A stretch of DNA of 49,279 nt, the filler included, from Bipalium vagum (lineage: Eukaryota), in NCBI GenBank assembly GCA_037834085.1. It is 3 parts of 3 records of this genome, joined end to end, with 100 filler letters (N's around TTAATTAATTAA, not from the genome) between each part and the next. Parts side by side here need not be neighbours in the genome. Positions count along the whole stretch, not along the records: positions 33,389 to 49,279 come from JBBMKC010139588.1; 2 more parts are not named here. One strand, given 5' to 3'. Position 1 is the stretch's first letter. Every line of letters starts with the position of its first letter. Position numbers and translations under genes: made by a program. Shown here one piece after another: positions 41,501 to 49,279 of this stretch. Below the pieces are notes generated by a model, which was given only the letters and a program-made list of their open reading frames with translations, was not told the DNA's origin and searched no databases.

Positions 41501-44500
41501 CATAGTGAAAACATCTTTTAATTTAATTAATAATGGTTATCATGAAATATTATCAGGTTGTGTAGTATGAAATTTTTAGGTAATGAAATTGCCAACTTTA
41601 ATTGTTGTTTATTTGAAATCGGGTTGATATTTTACCATTCTGTTTTTTGCGTTGGTAAATTATATATCTGTCTTGTTTGAAAATATCATTTTAATCTGAC
41701 AAAGTATAAATCAATTGTTTAAATTAATTATTTTTATTAAAAATGGATATATCGAAAATACGCGTAATTATGAAATATGAATTTTTACGCAAAACACGGC
41801 ATTGGGGACAGCTGAAAACATTAATGCAGTATTTGGGACTCGTGTAACTACACAACAAACAGTTTCCCATTTGTTTTCAAAATTTCGTAAGGATAATTTT
41901 AACCTCTAAAATGAGCCACGTGGTCGTCCAGAATCAAAGGTGTGCAAACTAAAGATGATCATTGAGTCTAACCCATGTCAGAGTGCCCAGGAATTGTCTG
42001 TAAAGTTTGGTGTTACCAAAAAAACTATTTTAGATAATATAAATCAAATAGGAAAGGTGAAAAAATTAGATAAATGGGTTCCTCATGAACTGAATGCAAA
42101 ACAAAAAGAAAAGCGTTTGCAAGCCTGTTTGATGTTCCTTTCTCGTCAAAAATCTGATTCAGTTTTGAATCGTATTGTCACTTGTGAAAAAAAATTGGAT
42201 AAGATATGACAACCGCAAACGTTCTTCACAGTGGTTGGACAAAGATGAACAACCGAAACACAGTCCAAAGCGTAATATCCATGAAAAGAAACTGATGGTG
42301 AGTGTTTGGCGGTGTACTGCAGGTGTGATGCATTATGAATTCTTGAAACCGGGCTAGTTGATCACATCAGACGTGTACTGTAAGTCATTGGACGAAATGG
42401 TGAAAAAAATTAAAATAAAACAGCCAAAATTAATCAATAGATCAATTCCTATTTTATTGCAGGATAATGCTAAACCACACACGGCGAAAATGAGTGGCAA
42501 AAATACAGGAGTTGGAACTTCTTAATCATCCTCCATACTCACCAGATATTGCTCCCACTGATTACTATTTCTTTCGCAATTTGGATAACTTTTTCGGTGG
42601 AAAACAATTCAAATCTGACGATGATATAAAATTGGCTTCCAGGAATTCCTTGACACTCGCCCGCCAGGGTTTTATATGACCGGCATGAACAAGCTGTCGC
42701 TTAAATGGCAAAAATGTGTAGACAATATGGATGCCTATTTTGATGAATAGCATAGTTTCTTTTATTTTTAATTTATTAATAAACTTTGTTTTTCATTTTA
42801 CAAATTTCATACTACACAACCTGATATTGTCTAATTATTTTGTGGGTTTTGTCCAACAGGCTTTGTCATCTTTGGGGGAAATGTTGAATTCCACGTTCAT
42901 AGAAGGTTAAATCTTTACTCGGGAAAAATGATTCAAGTGATTTTGGACCTTCTCATTGGAAGTGAAACTTTTACCATCTAGAAAATTTGTAAGGACCAAA
43001 AGAAATAATCAGATGGTGGCAGATCTGGTGAATATGCTGAATAGCGCAACACACCCCATCCAAGCTGTGGCAGCTTCTGACGAGTGTACTAACTTGTGTG
43101 AGGTTGGGTATTATCATGTTGGAATACCACAACTTTTCTGTTAATCAATTCTGACCTTCTTTGCTTCATTTTCTCATTCAATTCATTCAGCTGATTGCAG
43201 TAGATTATCGAATCTATTGTATAATTTTTCGCTAGAAGTAAATTATTCCTTTAAGATCCCACCAAAAAGGGATCATTACTTTCTTTTAATGAATATTGGC
43301 TTTGGGAGCACCTTGACCCGATTTACCTTCTGTCACCATAACCTTTTCCCTCTTACATTGTTGTATAAAATCCATTTCCCGACACCGGTACCTAGGCGCT
43401 TCAAAAATGGACCCATTTTTTGACGTGCAGAAGAAAATTACAAATATCAATGCGACGCACAAAATCTTGTTCTTTTAGGAATTGAGGTACTCATATATTC
43501 AGCTTTGAAACAAGGTCAATCCTTTCAAATGATTATGAACGGTTGAATTTGATAAAATTAATGTTGCAGCAATCTATGGTATCGTCATTTGTCTGCTTTC
43601 TTCTACCAGCGCTATTATTTTACCTTCATTAGCCTTGAGTGATCTGCAACTAAGTGGTGCGTTTTCAAGATCGAAATTACAGGAACGAAATTTTTGGAAC
43701 CACTATTGGCATTGGCAAATTGACAGAACATCATCTTTATAAACGCATATATATATATTTTTCCTTGCTTCATTTGCTTTTTCACCTTTTCGGAAATAAA
43801 AAGTAATAAAGGTATGAAATGGGTCTTTTCTACATTCATTTCAAACGTGTAACCTATACAAATATGACAGTTAAACAAAATTAAAAATATATCACATTAC
43901 AGGGTTATGCACAAATATATAGAAAATTATTCAAAAATATAAAGAAAAAATATTCGATTGTTTCTTTTTGAATTTGTTGTTTACCTGAATTTGTAAAAAT
44001 CAAGTAAGATGGAAGATGCAATAATGCAACCAAATTCAATCGTGTTAAAATATTTTACTCCTAATCTACCAAATAAATCATCTATGTTTGGCATAGGAAA
44101 GCATGTCGTTCCGTCACCTGATTCAATTTTCTAAAGTCTAGACACAATCTGATGTCCTTCCTTTCTCTTTTTCATGTACAAATTAGTAGAGTGTTCTGTG
44201 GAGAGTTACATCTTCTTATTTTTCCGCTCTCAAAAAAAATTCTTTATTGCTTCATCGATTTTCTTTTACAAATGCAAAGGGTGCTTTTACGGTCTTGTGT
44301 TAATTGGCTCTCTAGTGATTTTGACTTCGTATTTCTTCAGTTTTTGTGCATTCAATATCCCACGGATCTGTCACGAATGCTTTCTTTTTTTCTTCTACAA
44401 CTTCCAACAGTTTCTTGTCTTAGGCAAGGACTAAAATTTTCTTTGCTCTCATCAGACGCTTATCATCTTTAAAAAGCCTTCCAAACATAGTTGCAATGTT

Positions 44501-45934
44501 ACATATCTTTGTCATCTCCATTTCCACTGGGATTTTCATTGTTTCTGTTCCTCCAATCAGATCTGGTGAAACTTAATCTTTTCGTCGACTTCTTTACAAT
44601 ATCTTTCTGATGTCATAGTTTTTCTTAATTTTATATAGTTAAGTGAATCAGTTTATGGACACCAAAACCGACCCCATGATTTTCTAATAAAAGAATATGT
44701 TAAAGAAAAGAAAGAAAAATATTGTCTTTCGGGTGTTTTGTTGATTGGTTGCTTGAACATAAACAAAACAAAATTAGTATCACTGACAATTGCAAAATTT
44801 GTTTATACATTAAATTATTTTAACTTTCTCAACTCTAAGAAAAAGGAATGATATCGATTAGGAATCCACCAACTTATCAGTATTTTGCTTCAAATTATTG
44901 TTTCAATTGGCCTTTACTTTAAAATTCTTTTGTTATTGTTTTAATTAGATTTTAAAAAATTGAAAGAATGTTTTTTTTCAATTTAAATGACATTTTGTTA
45001 GAAATGATTGGAATAAGTCAAAAATATTATCACATTATATCTTTATAAGAGACAAAATCAAATTTAAGAATAATTAATAGAATAAATATATATTTTTTTA
45101 AATATCGATTTTCAAAGTTTAATTAATTAAGTCAGATTATTGATGTCGTTCATAAAATTGGAATGAAATTATTGAATAAATTTCAGAATTGAGTTCATTA
45201 AAATATAAATTGGGAAAACATGATATAAAGAACACTAAAATATTTAATAATGTGAGAGAAAATTATCCTGAATCCATATCTTCATAATTTATTGACAGAA
45301 ATGTGTTTACCCAAGTTATTAATTAGATATTTCTCACTAATTAATTAATCAATGATCATTAAAATCATTTAAACCAAGGTTTTGATAAAAAAAATTAAAA
45401 CATCAGAATGAGTAAACATTCAATCAAATCAATACCCTTTGAATAATCCGATCAGTCTCTTCCGAACTATATCCTTGTAGAATCAATAAATATTTGATTA
45501 TGTCTTGCATTTTTAATATTGCTGATTCTCCTAAAAGCGATCCGGTTTCGAAGGACTCAATTTTATTAAACCCAATTATATTAAAGAACAATTCCATTAT
45601 TTCATTGGTTGTGCATGTTTTCAACCTACACGTAGAAATTTTCACTGGAAATTTAAAAAATTCTGTCACAAAACCTTTCACCGAGGAGAAGTGCCCATTT
45701 CTTATATTTCAAATACATGTCTGTCAATGTTCCATCTTTATCCATTATGATCAATTTCCAGTTCTGAGAACTTATAGACTCACTGTCCTTAGACAGCCTG
45801 ATAGGACAACTTGGTAACAAAATAGGCAACACATCCTCCACTGATTGAATAATATCTGTTGCTCCAGAACTCAGCAAGAGGTCACTATTACCAATCCCAC
45901 TCAAAACCCCAATTCTACCACCCATTCCTGAGTT
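38553..45934 (-). CDS. Tandem (two-domain) HAD-superfamily hydrolase, phosphoglycolate-phosphatase-like, C1 cap; 5'-partial; exons 45934..45675, 45625..45436, 41436..41191, 38786..38553
   Basis: The spliced product carries HAD motif I (LIIMDKDGTLTD), motif II (KLALNSND), motif III (YKPLP) and motif IV (LLVGDSQTDM), plus an IGVLSG tail. All junctions are GT-AG and phase-consistent (2, 0, 0). A second IGVLSG tail precedes motif I. Confidence 0.9.
40044..41145 (+). mobile_element. Decayed ~1.1-kb mariner element with both TIRs, in the last HAD intron
   Basis: Left end TATAAGATGTATGCATAAATTTTA versus right-end reverse complement TATTAGGTCTATGCATAAATTTTA (3 mismatches). Remnants LEFKSGKNAAKA, KLGKRVPQKL, IVTSGEKRI, TYSPDL and SSGKYFDD. 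Confidence 0.85.
41553..42824 (+). mobile_element. Full-length 1272-bp mariner element (cecropia-subfamily-like) with perfect 23-bp TIRs and TA target duplication
   Basis: TCAGGTTGTGTAGTATGAAATTT at 41553-41575, its exact reverse complement at 42802-42824, and TA on both flanks. Confidence 0.96.
41743..42750 (+). pseudogene. Mariner DD34D transposase pseudogene
   Basis: MDISKIRVIMKYEF, PRGRP, KWVPHEL, RIVTC, LLQDNAKPH, HPPYSPDIAPTDY and YFDE*. Stops at 41907-41909 and 42355-42357, plus several frameshifts. Confidence 0.95.
42830..43880 (-). mobile_element. Near-full-length decayed mariner (mellifera-like), tail-to-tail with the preceding element
   Basis: MNVEKTHFIPLLLF, WFQKFRSCNFDLENAP, SKLNI*VPQ, PFLKRLGTGVGKWILYNN, AYSPDLPPSDYF and FYERGIQHFPQR occur in order. 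Confidence 0.88.
44015..44520 (-). mobile_element. Ty3/Gypsy pol fragment (N-terminal reverse transcriptase)
   Basis: EPINTRP*KHPLHL*KKIDEAIKN, DIRLCLDFRKLNQVTERHAF and MPNIDDLFGRLG, with stops and frameshifts. Confidence 0.87.
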
Positions 45935-46204
45935 CTACAAATAAAATGGCAATAAAAAATCTGTGAGGTTTTTCAAAAAATGATCAGTGATATTTAATTT
46001 CTTTACGAAATGAAAATAATCCACCTCTTTCCTCTTCACATCAAATCATTAAAAGAATATCTTAAAATATACGTGTAATTGCTAGCATATCATTTTTCGA
46101 TTCAATTTATCACCGGATTTATTTTCCTTTCAATTCTCGAACTCAAATAAATATTGATAAAAATCTCAATTTACTGTAATTTACTAAAATCATTTTAAAG
46201 GTTA

Positions 46205-47009
46205 TCAGGTTGGTGCATAATTTTAAAGCAGGTTTTCATATGGTAATGTTATAATTCTTTTCATAATCTGTCAAAAATAAACTTATTCATCAAAATAAGA
46301 TCTATTAGATTTAACGTGTTGCTGCCAACGAGAAACACGCTTGTTCAGTCAGATAGTATAAAAGCCCTAAGTTTTGGAGTTCTTGAAAGCTCCAACGGCC
46401 TTTTCAACACAGTACATGTCTTTGAACTGTTTCTTCGATATGAATTGATCTGGATATTTAAACAAATGATAATCTGTTAGGGATAGATTCGTAGAATATG
46501 GTTGGTGAGAAAGAATTTCATAACCAAAGCAAAAGAATTAGGTATTTTCGGTTTCCAAATGCGAGATACAACCTTAAGTTTCTGGTGCATTTCTTCGAAA
46601 TCTTGACAAAACTTCACTGTTGTGATTGTTATAGTGAATTTCCTAATGAAAATTTTAGTAAATGATGCCGTTGGAATTCAACCAAACAGTTAACATGATC
46701 GTATTTTAGTGAAAATAGGTTTTAGGAGTGGAACGCATTTTGATGTCATAAAGAAGTTTCTTCTCATCACTTGACAAAATACGATCTAGAAATTGAGTGC
46801 TTTACTTTGTTTAAGAAATGAGAAAAATAAACATTTTTGTTTGGGATCACTATTTTAATTAAATACCAGATGTAATAATTCCGATACAATTCAATAAAAT
46901 AATGAGTGGTGATATTTTATTAAAAATAAGTACAAAAAATCTTATGGTAATTATTTCTTATTTTTTACTTCGAACATCATAAACCTGCAACAATTTTGCA
47001 CCAGCCTGA
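46205..47009 (-). mobile_element. Internally deleted (~805 bp) mariner with both TIRs and TA duplication
   Basis: TA-TCAGGTTGGTGCATAA versus right-end reverse complement TA-TCAGGCTGGTGCAAAA. Minus-strand remnants FLDRILSSDEKKL, SHQPYSTNLSLTDYHLF and SRWQQHVKSNRSYFDE*. Confidence 0.9.

Positions 47010-47010
<1 letters not shown>

Positions 47011-47070
<60 letters not shown>
47011..47070. repeat. (ATT)n microsatellite
   Basis: Tandem att repeats starting at the mariner TA duplication. Confidence 0.97.
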
Positions 47071-47072
<2 letters not shown>

Positions 47073-47799
47073 TGTTTCAACAGTTCAAATTAAATTGCCA
47101 TTTTCATCTCTTTCTATGGTTCTAATATAAGAATGTCAATTCAAAGTTGCTTTCAAATATTTTTTAAATATCACAGCATACAAAGGAATAGAATCGTAAT
47201 ACAACGAAGGCAGAAGGTAAGATTAAATTTGAATAAGGTGAGAGCAGAATTTTGGTCAAAAGGTATCAAGATGGTATTAAAAAAGCAATTACTAAAATGA
47301 TTACCCGAAAATGTCCTCCAAAATCCCTTAAGAGAATGTATGAGTAAATATTGATTTTGGTTTAGCTTTTGTCTTAATTGAGTGATATATAAAGGACACC
47401 TAAAATTTTTATAAAAATTTCTGTTTATGGTTTAAAAAATCTCTGTTATCTTACATAAAAAAAAATTATTAATGAAAAACTCTTCTTTCGAGGAAAATGT
47501 GCATTTAGCACCATCTTCTTCATTGATTTTTCTTCTTTTGGTTTTTGTATTTTTTTTCCATTTTAGCTGCTTCTAATCATCTGTGATTAGTACTCTGAAA
47601 GTTCATCAAATGGGAGAGGAAGCAGAGAAGTTACTAGAAGGAAAGAATGAAAGAGAGTAAAGAGCAACGAAGAAAAATATAGTAAGGATTAAAGATATAG
47701 TAAGAGTAAATACTGATATGAATATTAAGAATACAAAGAAATAATAATTACAGAGTAACAAGAAAAACAATAATGATCGCTAATTAATTTTAGATTTTA

Positions 47800-48203
47800 A
47801 GTAACTTAAAATGAGTTCTGATCGTTTCATAAAAGTGATTTAAGTAGAACTTATAATTTTCATTTAAAATGAACAATCGAAAATAGTTGATAACATTGAA
47901 CGAGTTATCCATATAGCCCAGATTTTTTACCATGTGACTATTACCTATTTGGACCCATGAAAGAGGAATTACGAAGAAAACATTTCCGCAATGATGATGC
48001 AGTGAAAAAAGCGTTGCAAGATTTCTTGAAAGCAAAAGACAAAAACTTCTTTGCTAAAGGAATGCAGAAGTTAGTTGACAGATGGACGAAGTGCATCGAA
48101 AAAAGTGGTGATTAGGTTGAAAAATAATTGTCTGTATATGTTATAATCTTTGAAAATAAAATAATATAAAGCTTGTATCTTTTTTTTTTGATTCACCCTC
48201 GTA
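47800..48203 (+). mobile_element. 3' fragment of an irritans-like mariner with right TIR
   Basis: YSPDFLPCDYYLFGPMKEELRRKHFRNDDAVKK and FFAKGMQKLVDRWTKCIEKSGD*VEK*; terminus TTTTTGATTCACCCTCG-TA. Confidence 0.88.
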
Positions 48204-49235
48204 ATTCTAGAAAATAATTTATCTTTAAAATATTATTGGTTATTATTATGAATTATAATAATAATTGTTATTATATTTACTAATTTTGTTTCCTTCCTCA
48301 CATTCACGTCAAAATAAATTTTTCTTCATTATATATGGCGAAATATTCATAATATTTTTTTAATAAAATTTGTAAAAGTACACTTAAGTTTTCTTGGAAA
48401 GTGATCCAATTAAAAAGTTACCAAATAATTAACATTGTAAAGTTAAACAATTTATGCAACTCTTTAAAAATACAAAACAAATGTCTGTCCGGATAGATGA
48501 GTGGCTGTTAATGTCAACAATCGAAATCATATTTCATTTAATTTACCCTACCATTTATTGACGAATTATTCTGTTTGTATTAATTTAATGATCATAAAAC
48601 CATCAACTGGAATGACAGTTTCACAATACAGTGTTCTGGCTACAATAATGATCAAAGTTGAAATAAATAGAATTACATTTTACAAATTGTGAACTTTTAA
48701 CAAAAATAATGGACAACTCTTCTGATCAAATTTGAATAAAAGTACAATATCAATCACTTTTTAAAAATTATTGACTTTAAAACTGCTAAAATCTTGAAAA
48801 AATATTAGAGCTTTTATTATAAAATAAAAATATTATATATTATATTATATTGTTTATCTAATATAAATATAAATAATTTTAAAATATCACTTTAATAAAA
48901 TGATTTAATAAACATTGATCATAAAACTGATCCCAGTCTGTCTCAATAGATAAGATGTAATACAAGAATGTTAAATAATAAGTCAAAGCATAGTAAAATT
49001 AAGAAATGAATAGAATATCCTCAAAATCAATGAAGAAAATCCCGTAATTTAATCGTTTTGAAGAGTGTTTTAAGAAAGGTTTTAATTTATTAAACAATAG
49101 TGTGTCAATAAACTAATTATAAATAAACAGATAATGATGTTCATTATAGAATTTATTTAGATATTTCAGGAGATATTTTTGTACATAACATGTGATTTTT
49201 CAATAAACCCAGTTGTTTAAAAATAATATCAATAA

Positions 49236-49236
<1 letters not shown>

Positions 49237-49274
<38 letters not shown>
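49237..49274. repeat. (AAT)n microsatellite
   Basis: Tandem aat repeats at the end of the window. Confidence 0.95.
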
Positions 49275-49277
<3 letters not shown>

Positions 49278-49279
49278 AC

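Noticed and set aside
44152-45817. Plus-strand ORFs 44152..44472, 44174..44434 and 45494..45817
   Set aside because: They are antisense shadows of the Gypsy pol fragment and the HAD exons.
45935-49279. Upstream exons of the first HAD domain
   Set aside because: I searched by eye for GDxxxD, KP and DxDGT-bearing exons and found none; they probably lie beyond the window.

Overview
Very AT-rich eukaryotic (metazoan) nuclear DNA with spliceosomal GT-AG introns. Short 42-58 nt introns and dense mariner relics would fit a planarian-type flatworm, but the sequence does not prove the taxon. Three intron-containing host genes lie on the minus strand: (1) an Ataxin-1-like AXH-domain gene (8684-9746); (2) a divergent calmodulin-like EF-hand gene (~26888-27372, first exon uncertain); (3) the 3' part of a tandem two-domain HAD-superfamily phosphatase gene (38553-45934), whose large introns are filled with transposons. 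The rest is mostly decayed mobile DNA: about a dozen mariner/Tc1 copies from several apparent subfamilies (one full-length with perfect TIRs), two Ty3/Gypsy fragments (gag-protease and RT), a MITE, (AAT)n microsatellites and a 22-bp minisatellite. There are three 100-bp assembly gaps, two with an artificial TTAATTAATTAA linker. I found no CRISPR array, rRNA, tRNA or prokaryote-type system. The best leads are the tandem HAD gene, the ATXN1 homolog with a swapped C-terminal motif and a dyad-symmetric upstream element, and the half-degenerate calmodulin. All family assignments come from motif recognition by eye, not database searches.
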